A stretch of DNA of 63,393 nucleotides, the filler included, from Rhabdomonas costata (lineage: Eukaryota): the NCBI GenBank assembly GCA_019059605.1. It is 50 parts of 50 records of this genome, joined end to end, with 100 filler letters (N's around TTAATTAATTAA, not from the genome) between each part and the next. Parts side by side here need not be neighbours in the genome. Positions count along the whole stretch, not along the records: positions 36,830 to 37,999 come from JAHMHO010025217.1; positions 38,100 to 39,269 come from JAHMHO010025218.1; positions 39,370 to 40,539 come from JAHMHO010025219.1; positions 40,640 to 41,809 come from JAHMHO010025220.1; positions 41,910 to 43,078 come from JAHMHO010025221.1; positions 43,179 to 44,348 come from JAHMHO010025222.1; positions 44,449 to 45,617 come from JAHMHO010025223.1; positions 45,718 to 46,887 come from JAHMHO010025224.1; 42 more parts are not named here. One strand, 5' to 3'. Below are positions 36,830 to 47,544 of this stretch, piece after piece (position 1 is the first letter of the stretch; every line of letters starts with the position of its first letter). Under the pieces are notes generated by a model. That model ran no database searches. It was not told where the DNA came from and was given only the letters and a program-made list of their open reading frames with translations. Made by a program: the position numbers and the translations under genes.

Positions 36830-37999
36830 TCTGGGATGTGTTTGTCTGGGGGGTGGGGGCAGATCACTTTTGGGGACTTTCTGCTGGGGATGAGACTGCT
36901 CCTGATGGGCAGTATGGATGAGCACCTGGCGTTCTGCTTCCGGGTGTTCGACAGTGACGGAGACGTCGTGATGCGGTGGACATTCTCGAAACGCAATTCT
37001 GCCATTGGTTTTATATATATTCGTGGCATTATATTCGTTTGAAAAAGGCGCAAGCCAATTGTAGTCAGTGTGGGACTGTTTGCGCTCTTTCAGGTGGCTG
37101 GAAACGTCGACATTCGATTCCGTTTTGGCTATGAGGAGAGCATGCGGTTCTGGGAGCAGTTCCGCTCCATTGTCCCTGAAGGTATGCTCACCCACACAGG
37201 AGGTTTGTTTCCCATTCAACAATGGTCCGGGAATAACGATTTTCATCCAAGAAGTGTTACCCCTTCGAGATACCACAACAATTGTCAGGCAAACTTAGTT
37301 TTTCATTGAAAATCGGAAAAAATCGGTACACTGCCTAGGTTCATCTGATGAACGCTGTGTTTGCGGAGGGTTTCTGTCTTTGGTCCTTCCCACACAAAAC
37401 CTCAACGTGGGAGCACTGTTCCACACAAAGCAGAAGGCTCTTGTGTGGAACAGTGCTCTATGGGCTTTGCTTCAGGCCTACGGGTTTTTTTCTCACCCCT
37501 TGTTAACTCACACAATCCTGCACAGATATGTACCCGCTTACCGAGCTGAGTTTGCACACACACGACGAGGCACACTGCTTCACAAGAAGATCACCTTTTC
37601 TATCCGCCTCAGGGGATGTGCGAATGTCTGAGACAGACTTCTTGGATGTTACGGAGTGCTTGCTGGGCACCCAACTGGGCAGGAGCCTCTTCAAAGCCTT
37701 TGACGTGAGTCGCACAGGATCGGTGTGCACAACGGCCAACCTTTCTCCAGCATAATCACACAGCAGTGAGTGGGGTTCTGTTTTCCTGAAGGTTCCATGG
37801 AGTGCAGTGATATTTTAGAACTACCCCACCATCACCACCACGGGAGGTTTGGTGAAAGGGGTATCTGGGATGTGTCTGTCTGGGGGGTGGGGGCAGATCA
37901 CTTTTGGGGACTTTCTGCTGGGGATGAGACTGCTCCTGATGGGCAGTATGGATGAGCACCTGGCGTTCTGCTTCCGGGTGTTCGACAGTGACGGAGACG
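36830..37999. repeat. Contig with 136-bp terminal direct repeat (36830-36965 and 37864-37999, 1 mismatch); 1034-bp circular or tandem unit
   Basis: Direct comparison of the two contig ends. Confidence 0.92.
37094..37999 (+). CDS. EF-hand calcium-binding protein (calcineurin B/NCS-like); exons 37094-37181, 37613-37722, 37897-37999
   Basis: The spliced product gives LFKAFDVSRTGS|ITFGDFLLGM...LAFCFRVFDSDGD, i.e. two EF-hand loops; GT-AG phases are consistent. Confidence 0.85.
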
Positions 38000-38826
38000 N
38001 NNNNNNNNNNNNNNNNNNNNNNNNNNNNNNNNNNNNNNNNNNNTTAATTAATTAANNNNNNNNNNNNNNNNNNNNNNNNNNNNNNNNNNNNNNNNNNNNG
38101 GGGTTTTTTATTCTCAGAAGCTTGTCGCGGAGCCTCATACAAGGCACTTGTTCTGAATAATGAGCCTTGAGTTGATTCAAGAAAAGCGAGCTCCAATTAC
38201 ACCAGAACGTGACAAGCGAGTCCATTCGTTGCCGTCCTTCGGGTTGCACTGAAAAGCGTGGTTTCTAATCCTTGTGAATGGAGGACCCAAGGAAGTTGTG
38301 CGTGGAGCGGTAACGGTTAGCAGCGGTCTCAGAAAACTTTGCATAATTTTGTTTTTGCTGAATTAGCTTAAAAAGGGTAAGGTAAAACGTGCCAGCGCTC
38401 TCGAAATCCCTTTATTTTAGTGTATTGGGGTTTCGGTAAACTTTTTCAGTGGTCCCTGGATGAGTGTTTTTGCTTTGCATCTCTAAACTACTGCTGGCTT
38501 CGGACTAGGCAATGGGCGCACGGGTATGACAGAATAAGTTTAGGGTCTTTCCGGCTTTCCGGTGGTCAGTCCGCAGCTCTGCTGGAGACTGCTGCGGGGG
38601 GGGGTAACCTGACCTGGGGAGACCTTTGACGGCTTTTTTGAAATTTGCTCCCACACTAAAAATTGTTACTACAGGTAACGCTTACCAATGGTAACTGGTA
38701 CCACTCCCTTGCCGCACCCGCAGAGCATCGAATATGGGATCATTCATCCTCCTTTCTTCCAGTCACCTGTTGTGGTATGCTCTTTTGCGGACGGCTATGG
38801 CGCCTTGGAGTGGAGGGCTGTCTCAG

Positions 38827-39112
38827 GTGCGGGTGGTGGGTGGCTCTACCCTTGCTCGCGGGCTCACTTCTGCTTTCCATCGATCTGAGCGTGCCTGAAG
38901 CTGCTGTGCCTGTGCCGGCGGTGGCCAGGGCTGCGGGGAGGCCGGCGGCCGCTACTGTGGAGACGGGCCTGGGGGCGCTCTTGCGGAGCCGAATTGAGCC
39001 AACCTCGGGTGCGGTGCTAATCGCGTTCTGCTCACAGAACATGCTGCGGCTACTGGGGCACTTCCTGTGCAACCTGAGGACGTTGGGACTGGAAAGGCAT
39101 CTGTTTTTGGAT
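38827..39112 (+). CDS. Type II membrane protein exon, possibly a nucleotide-diphospho-sugar transferase (GT77-like)
   Basis: Hydrophobic anchor and Ala/Pro stem, then GAVLIAFCSQNMLRLLGHFLCNLRTLGLERHLFLD, which resembles the GT77 N-terminal pattern; AG/GT boundaries. Confidence 0.4.
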
Positions 39113-40440
39113 GTGCAAGTGGAGGCGGCTTCGCCCGGGGGTAACATTGTTTTTCTGCAGATTTTCTTTTACGGATAGCTCCTTCGTATATTGGGGGACC
39201 AAATGCAATCAGCGGCTGCACGTTCCCCTGCACGTTCGTGGGGACCCTCAAAGCAGCGGTGGGTTGGGGNNNNNNNNNNNNNNNNNNNNNNNNNNNNNNN
39301 NNNNNNNNNNNNNTTAATTAATTAANNNNNNNNNNNNNNNNNNNNNNNNNNNNNNNNNNNNNNNNNNNNTAGTTCCTTATCACGGACGGACGGCAAACAA
39401 GATCCGGAGCCGACAAAAACAGTGCCATTATTGCATGCCGCCTGCGGACGACGGTTTATGCATGTCTTTGTGGTCTCGATCTCCACAAACTCTCATCCAA
39501 CAAACGCAGCTAGCGCCACAGGAGACCGCCCATATAGCGAAAGGAGCAGCAGCAGCAGCCCCCATGTTGATGTCACTTCAGCACGAAGACTCCACCCCGA
39601 ACTCCACAGACATGAAGATCCACCCATGAAGGTGTATTTTGATACGGAATTTGACCAGACAACTCCAGTTGTGATATCAAGCGTGCCCCCGATCGTCCCA
39701 TGTTTTGTGGGAATCGCTCATGATATGAATAGCGGAGGCCATACAGCGCCACCATTGCCATAGATCCCATCAATTTGCACCTGTCTCTGTTTAAGGTAAA
39801 ATCAGTAAACAAGTACACTCAGCCGCAATGGACTTTTCAGGTGAATGTCTCTCAGACGTTGTTCCGGCGGACTCTGATTTACACCTGTAAAGCAGGTTCA
39901 GTGATCGCAGAACAGTTGGTTGAGTCTGTATCCTCCACAGAGGAGCAGATAAGAGTCTCGGAGGAGCAGAAAGTCCGAGCTGTTCAAGTAAGTGTCAACA
40001 GCTCCTCGCGTTCTTTTAGAAGTTCTGGAGAGCAATTGGTGGCATAAGTGGCCGCTCGAAGTCATGGAATCTATCTTTACGCTTGCAAATGATGTCATGT
40101 GCGGTCGAGATGAGCAAAGAGTTGAAGTATCACTGGCGGTTTGTTGCGGTCAGTGTGGTGCATGAAGTCCAGTAACCAGTTGGAAACCCTGTAGCAGCCA
40201 TCGCATTCAAGAAAGAAACAAAAAAGCAGTGATTGTAGTTGTCGCAAATAATCCAGCGCATGGATTGTTCAGAGTACGCAAAAAGGCAATGCGATAATCT
40301 TTTTTACTACAAAATAACACAAGAGCCCACTAAATTACATGGAGAGAGGCAAGGGGGAAGGTTCACCAAGGAATGTAGAGGAGCAGATCCTAAACAGGAA
40401 GATAATGAACGAAGGAGATGGAGAAAGCGCTCACAAAAAA

Positions 40441-40532
40441 CAGAGACATAACATCAGAGACATAACATCAGAGACATAACATCAGAAACATAACATCAGA
40501 GACATAACATCAGAGACATAACATCAGAGACA
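40441..40532 (+). repeat. 14-bp minisatellite (CAGAGACATAACAT) x6.5
   Basis: Read directly from the sequence; one unit has G changed to A. Confidence 0.95.
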
Positions 40533-42679
40533 AAACCACNNNNNNNNNNNNNNNNNNNNNNNNNNNNNNNNNNNNNNNNNNNNTTAATTAATTAANNNNN
40601 NNNNNNNNNNNNNNNNNNNNNNNNNNNNNNNNNNNNNNNTTTGTGTTTTTTGCAGTCCACAGAGTGTACCACAGACACCTTCATTGGTCTGGGACTCAGT
40701 GCCCCTGAGCCTAAGGCATCCTCTGGAATCGTCCCCCGCCTCAGCACAGTACGGTCCCATAGCACTGGAGTTGCCTTTGACGGAGAAGTGGGTCAGGATT
40801 GGCAGAGACCAGCAGGAGCCCAGTGTCAGTGGCCCCCGCCTTCTACCTAACACCAACCAGAGCCAGGGTGCACAGTTTACCTTCCCCTCCTCGATGTAGC
40901 TACTTAGCGCGACTATTTCGGCACTTTTATTGCCATCGGTAATCCTCATGTAACATTACTAACTGTCACCGTTACCACCGTTTTGCTAAGGTCCACGGGG
41001 TCCTTCTACTGAGTTTCGAATGTGCGTGATGCTCGCAGATGTGTCTAGGTTTGCCACACGTCCACGGGTCGCCCTTTCGATAAAGCTGCAGAGTTCCGCT
41101 TTCCCGTGCCCGTGCATCCCTTGCGCCTGCGCCTCAGGCCCGGCTGCTGTGCTGTGCAAGCGCGAAAACCCGCTGCTACGACAACACTGCCTACGAGGTT
41201 GGTTTCCCCTCCGCTCGCTCCCGTTGACCGCTCGCTCCCCTGGACCCCTGCCCATCCTCTCAATACATCCTCCGGTTTTTACGTGTATTGTGTGTTGAGT
41301 GTGGGCGGGTCGATTAAGTGGTGGATGACTGCAATACCCCACCGCAATGGAAGGAACCTCTTTATTTGCACTTGTGGCTGTGCGTGCGACCTGATAGCCA
41401 AAAAAGTCGCCTTTTTGACGGTCTGTTGACGCGAACTTTGGCAGGTAACTTTCGTTTGTTGGACAGTTTGTTGGTTACCGGCACAGGGAGCTCTCTTTTA
41501 CCACAACACAATCGAGCGAGAGCAGGTGTACTACTTGCACAACGTCACGACCGAAGGCATGATGGGAGGGAGTGAGGGGGATGGGGTGCGCCTGTATCAT
41601 GGGGCTGTCACCGTATTTAGCTGAAGTTCCGTTGAGGTGACGTTTGCCGAGTGGTGGCTGTCGTTTCTTCATTGATCTTTTTTCAAATCAGACCTGGATT
41701 ACCACTACGATGCTGCTGCGATGGTTGAGATTTGCGCACAGTACCTCCGGCTGCGGTTCATCCCTCACCCACTCTCTATCTCTCTCGCTCCCTGCCCTCT
41801 ATCGAAGGGNNNNNNNNNNNNNNNNNNNNNNNNNNNNNNNNNNNNNNNNNNNNTTAATTAATTAANNNNNNNNNNNNNNNNNNNNNNNNNNNNNNNNNNN
41901 NNNNNNNNNGTATATTTAGCAGCTAAGTGGATCGCTTCACCATCAATAGTTACGCAGTGATCAGATGCTGAAAACTGCTTTTGCCGTTTCAAATTTCTCC
42001 GTCTCCCATTGTGCTGTCATGGTATGCGTTCGGGGTGCGTTTTTTTAAATTAAAAATTTCTTGTGGAAGGCATTTTTGGTCCGAAAAAAATTGACTTATA
42101 TCTTAGAAGCTTCGCATCTGTTTTCCTTCCTTAGTTTTTCACTAATGGGCGCTTAATTTTGCTATTTAGATGCTGAACGTATAGGGCCAGTTTTTCGGTT
42201 ATTTTGCAGTTTTTCAAAAAAAAAATCACGTTTTTTTGGTCCATGCAAATTCCGTTCGTGTAGATGCGCCCCGAATTGTCCATGCTGGATCTGTTGAACT
42301 GCGGAGCGCAGCGAAGCGATTCAAGATCCAAGCGAAACGGCGCTTACAATCAACTGAAACACTAACTTCCGGATAGTATCAAACGCCATTTTTGACCACC
42401 TACTTTTGAACAGTCAACAAAAAGCCCTTCCTCATTTTACTAATCAACCGCTCAAAGCTTAATCTGCACCTGGCGATGCGCCGCCCACCGACTTTGCCCT
42501 TACCCCCCCGACACACACACACACAAGTAAAAATTCTCAGTGAGAGAAAGCTAGCACCAGCGGATTAGGGGATTCTCACGAAACCACAGTTGGCCCCTTA
42601 CACAAATGACTTTCTTGGATTTGACACTTGGGGTTGGCACCAGAGTGTTTTCGATTCACTCCTCACCCCACACGCGCAC

Positions 42680-42752
42680 GCTCCGACGTAAAGATTATCC
42701 AGAACTCGACTTCCGGTAGGTGGGTCGAAGTGGTCCGGAAAAAGCGTTTGGC
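42680..42752 (-). CDS. Possible small exon of a second dual-specificity phosphatase
   Basis: QTLFPDHFDPPTGSRVLDNLYVGA resembles the DUSP start (S.ILdnLYlG); donor GTGCGC. Confidence 0.35.
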
Positions 42753-43178
42753 CTCTCCGCACCCACCTTTGGTTTTTGGTCCTGGTCCTTTTGGTTGGTT
42801 ATGAGGTGGGTGTGACACTGTGTTTAACGCTGTGGGTTGAAGTGATGAGAAAAGCTTTTGAACCCCTTCCTGGTCAATATAAAACAAGAATGAAGGCAAG
42901 GGGTCACCAGAGGTCCAGCACATCCAGTGGTGCTCGAGATTAGCCCGCTCGCTTTGCACTTATAATTTGCAAACACACCGATGGGGTAATAATTCCGTCA
43001 AACCTCACACCCGCACCGTATTTGGCCTCGCTCGGAAGAACCCAACCAGTCACCCCCACCCCCAACCACACCCAACACNNNNNNNNNNNNNNNNNNNNNN
43101 NNNNNNNNNNNNNNNNNNNNNNTTAATTAATTAANNNNNNNNNNNNNNNNNNNNNNNNNNNNNNNNNNNNNNNNNNNN

Positions 43179-44346
43179 AGAAGCTTGCCCTCTCGCTTGT
43201 TCCACAGGCGCGCGGTATGATCCGAGGAACAGGACAACAGAACGTGCTCCCCAGGAAAGAGCTGAACGCAGTTGGATGCCCCTAAAGACACAAAATAATG
43301 ACAAAAAGCACAACATTTTTTTTCAACATTTGCCCACTGCAGCTTTTGAGCATGCGATGAATGAAGTTTCAAAATCTACAAAACAAATTGAATACACACC
43401 ACAACAACCAATCATATAGCCTTCAGTAGGTCGGGTCCACTGAGATGCCGGTACAGCAGCACTTGAAGTGAAAATTGAAATTTTGAATGAAGAAAGACAT
43501 AGTCAGACACAGGGAGGTTGATCCAACCAAGCTAGACACTGGGAAAACACAGAAATACTTGCCTCACTTTGCCCAACTTAAATTACATAGAAGAATGTGT
43601 TACGTCACAAGAGCAAGAAAATAAAAGAATGAAAGACCTTTGTGGTCGAAAAAGGTGCGGATCAATTTTCCAGCTTCCCGAGTGCCGTACCGAGGCGGGT
43701 TGATCGGCTGCCACTGGCTCACCTCACTGTCCTCACTGCAAGTAAAGAGCTGTTTCCCGTCCTTGCTGACGCAGATCCACGTCACCGCTTGACTGTGGGC
43801 CGTTCTCAACGTTTTCAGGGGCGTCCCCTTAGCAAATGCAAAGAGACGAACCACTCCATGAGTATTCCCAATGACGAAATGCTCGTTGTCAGGAAGCACT
43901 GCTATTGCAGTACAGTACCCTAAAATAAACATGACAACATGGGAGTATAGCAAACGAGCGAAAATGACAGCAAAGTCGAAAAGTCGGCTTCAAAAAGCGC
44001 CAAGGGTATTTCCTGGAAAAGATTATTTGATTTGAGTTTATGTTTGCAAACCAGCTAAACTGTCAATGGGATGGACATTAAATGAACTTGCCTTGCGCAG
44101 CAGCTGCGGGCTTTGTACGTTTGCAATGTACGCCTGCGGCCGATGTTGCTTACTGGACTGCAAAGTGGACCCAAAGGAGAGAAACCGATTAGTGTCTGCA
44201 TCAGCGGTTGCAAGAAGTTCACAATAGACACAATGCGCGCTTCCATCTTTTTGCTCTTCATCTTCGGTCATGAACCTCAGTATTCTAGGTCCCTCAAACA
44301 ACGGTCCATACTCTGCTTCGTCCAACGCAAACATCGCATAAAACAC
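43179..44346 (-). CDS. WD40-repeat protein; exons (start unresolved)-44052, 43919-43638, 43281-43179
   Basis: AHSQAVTWICVSKDGKQLFTCSEDSEVSQW and DHK|GASNCVQLFPGEHVLLSCSSDHTARLWN; phase-1 GT-AG joins. Confidence 0.88.
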
Positions 44347-44450
44347 ACNNNNNNNNNNNNNNNNNNNNNNNNNNNNNNNNNNNNNNNNNNNNTTAATTAA
44401 TTAANNNNNNNNNNNNNNNNNNNNNNNNNNNNNNNNNNNNNNNNNNNNGG

Positions 44451-44640
44451 TTTTGTGGTGCCTTTTGCAGTGCAGTGGTCGTGCGGTGATCAATAAGACC
44501 ATTGAACGTATGAAGTTACTGCTTTGTTCTGCAGGCTCCGCACCTCTCCCCGCAGCCTGCAGAACAAAGCAGTAACTTCATACGTTCAATGGTCTTATTG
44601 ATCACCGCACGACCTCTGCACTACAAAAGGCACCACAAAA
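44451..44640. repeat. 87-bp inverted repeat with 16-nt loop and 2 mismatches, at contig start
   Basis: 44451-44537 is the reverse complement of 44554-44640. Confidence 0.9.
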
Positions 44641-45363
44641 ATGGTGGCGAAATCAATTGTTAACAATGACAACTTGTCAAGCTTTTAGAAATGGAATACG
44701 AGAACTATTGCCCACAGCACGGCTTCTTCTTCTTCCCAGCTTTGCGTGAGGCTGCTGTGAGTTTTTCAATTGTGTGCCCCAGCATCCTCGGGCCCCATCA
44801 TGAATAATATGAATGCTGACAGCTGACGGGGGGGGGGTATGGTTAATGTAACTGGAAAGCAAAAAAGGAAAGCACATCACGTCAATGGGCTTGGGAATCT
44901 GCACGGTAGACATTGCCTACTTTATGTCTTTCCTTCTCTCCTTCTCTCATCAAACCTGCGGGGAGACTTCCAAGGGCTTCGCTTGTGCCGAGGGCTCCGG
45001 TCGCAACCCAAATAGGAAACGATCCACTTGCTCCACGTCACCATCAGTCAAGGTCGAAGGCACCTTCGGGAGGAAAAGGATATGAACAAGTCAATAACAG
45101 CGAAGGACGAGAACGCAGTATGCCAGGCGGAGGAAGAATTTGATTTCAAAGGAGGCAGAAAAATATTGTCATACATTGTGCGCACAGTAAGCCGATTTTG
45201 CACCCATTGCGTTGTGTTTGGAAGTAATTTAGCTGTGTTGATCTGGCAGGAAGAGCCAATGTCGCCTCGAATTTGGCGTAAAACATTGCGCAGAGTTGGA
45301 GCTGCATGGAAACTTCGGAAGCTCGCGTTTCATCGAAGCGTCGCAGTCCACCCTTGCGCGCAG

Positions 45364-45467
45364 GTTGAAAAAGAAACTGTTGAGATTTGCGATGATGTGA
45401 TCAGTATTTTGGACGCCCACATCTTTCCCCGTGCCCAACTTGGAGAAGCAGACGTTTTCTTCTCAAG
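45364..45467 (+). CDS. Divergent 14-3-3-like exon
   Basis: VEKETVEICDDVISILDAHIFPRAQLGEADVFF versus 14-3-3 consensus VExELxxICxDILxxLDxHLIPxAxxGESKVFY. Confidence 0.65.
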
Positions 45468-46259
45468 GCCTGCTTTGTGAAAGAAATGCTTTCTTTGCGC
45501 TTGCCCGGTTTGTGTTACGTGTGCGACCAGCACAATTTTTTTTGCCGTGGGAACACCGTTGGGAACCACACCGTTGGGAACCTCGCTGGAGCATCACAAC
45601 ACGCATACAAAACCCCCNNNNNNNNNNNNNNNNNNNNNNNNNNNNNNNNNNNNNNNNNNNNTTAATTAATTAANNNNNNNNNNNNNNNNNNNNNNNNNNN
45701 NNNNNNNNNNNNNNNNNGGTTTTTTGTTGTTTTGCAACTGTGTGACCTCTTGAGTGTTCCATCTGACTTTCATCACCCACACCCACGTTCTTGTCAATGC
45801 GCACGCTGCAAGACTGGCGAGTGTGCGGGAGGGAGCATGAAAGGAAGTGGGCAGGCGTGAGGAGTTGCTGTGCCCGGGTTACGGTTATCGTTGGCGTTCC
45901 TTTTTGGTGGGATATGTGAAGTCGATAAATATCCTGCTGGAAAGCACTTTGGCGCCCCGGGGAAGATTGTGTCCCGAGGTTCCCGAGGTGAGTGGAGTAT
46001 GCGGTCAGAGCGGGGGTTTTAATTTCGGTTCTTTTCGGCACTTTTATCTACCACCCAGTCCCGAAAATAGCGAGAATAGCGTGACCGCACTGTGTGCGCT
46101 CGCATTTTATGCCGCTGACGGGTACCAGCTGCCAGACCTCACGTGGCCACCATAAAGCCGAAGTTTGGGCGTTCTGCTCTCACCCCTTTCACCTCACTTA
46201 CACTCTCTTTCCCTCTCTCTCCCCCTGTGTTTTTTTGCATGTGCATCTGTATCGTTTAG

Positions 46260-46358
46260 GATTCCGAGGGGAGGACTGCCCTCCACATCGCCGTGCTCTG
46301 CGGCAGCTCGGAGGCCATCGAGGCCCTTCTGCAGTCAGGCGCCAGCCCCGATATTCTG
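46260..46358 (+). CDS. Ankyrin-repeat exon (exactly one 33-aa repeat)
   Basis: DSEGRTALHIAVLCGSSEAIEALLQSGASPDIL between a TAG acceptor and a GT donor. Confidence 0.9.
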
Positions 46359-47384
46359 GTACTTCGCTGCTTCTCTCTGTGTTTTTTTGTGTGTTTTGCT
46401 GCCGCGGTGTGTGGCCTCACTTGCTTTTCATTATGCTGCTGTGTGCAGCCTGACTTCGTTAACCTGATGTGGATGTGGGGCAACCCTTAGCTGCGGCAAA
46501 GCAGAAGCGAGCGGCGAGTGCCAGTGCTCGTTTTCGATACCAGACTCACCCCCAGAAACCGGAAAGCTGCGCGGAGACTTCCATGCCAGTTCCAAAGCCG
46601 CTGCTCTTCTCCCCTCAAAAGATACCGTGAAGTCCTTTTCGATGCCTGTTGTTTGTTCCGGCAGATGTCCTTTTTTATTGTATTAATTCCCTTGCCAATG
46701 CTGGTTGCCGTCCCAAGCGCGCTGGCTCTCCGTCCACGTTACAGTAATTGCCCCTGTACGCTCCATCCCTGTCGTCAAGCCTGTTCTCGAACACCGCAAC
46801 CCTGCAGACAAGAGATGAAAAGCGCCTTAGATTCTCTTTCCCTTTTCCTTGTCCGTCTCTATCAGACTTTGAACGGTACCCAAAAAANNNNNNNNNNNNN
46901 NNNNNNNNNNNNNNNNNNNNNNNNNNNNNNNTTAATTAATTAANNNNNNNNNNNNNNNNNNNNNNNNNNNNNNNNNNNNNNNNNNNNTCTGTGGGACCCC
47001 ACTGTCGAGACAAATTTGAAAAAAGAAAAAAAATCAGAAAATCAATGCAGACCCGCCAGGGGTGAAACAACCGGCGGCAGTGGGTCCCTCTCTGCAAAGG
47101 CTGTCTGACTTCCGCAGCAGCCGCAAGCATTGTACAGCGGAAGCGTGATGTGGATTTTTCAAGCGAAGCCCCAATTCAAAAAAATTGAACTTTGAATTGA
47201 GTTGAATTGATCTTCCCGAACTGCCCTAAATTGAACTTTGAACTGTTGATATTGAATTGAACATTGAGCACCCCACAGTGAACTTTGACGTCGACGCAAC
47301 CCTGCATTACCAACCGCAAACCATGTCGTTCAGATGACAGCGGTTGCCAGCGTGCTTTTGTGCATTATTCGTTTTTCTTTACAG

Positions 47385-47544
47385 GTGCCTGACGTGCCAT
47401 CAGGGCTCCTCGGGATGTTTCGGGCACTTCGCCCGAGTCCCACTGGCTGAGCCTGTGGGCCACCCCGCGCTGGCTCCGGTCCTTGACAAAGTCGTGCGAA
47501 CGGGGTGCTTTCGGTGCAGAAACATCTGCGCGGACAAAGACACG
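47385..47544 (+). CDS. DNA-directed RNA polymerase largest subunit, N-terminal zinc-binding region (most like Pol I RPA1)
   Basis: CLTCHQGSSGCFGHFARVPLAEPVGHPAL...VVRTGCFRC fits CxTC-x6-CxGHF...PVxHP...CFxC; CAG acceptor, GTGCGT donor. Confidence 0.75.
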
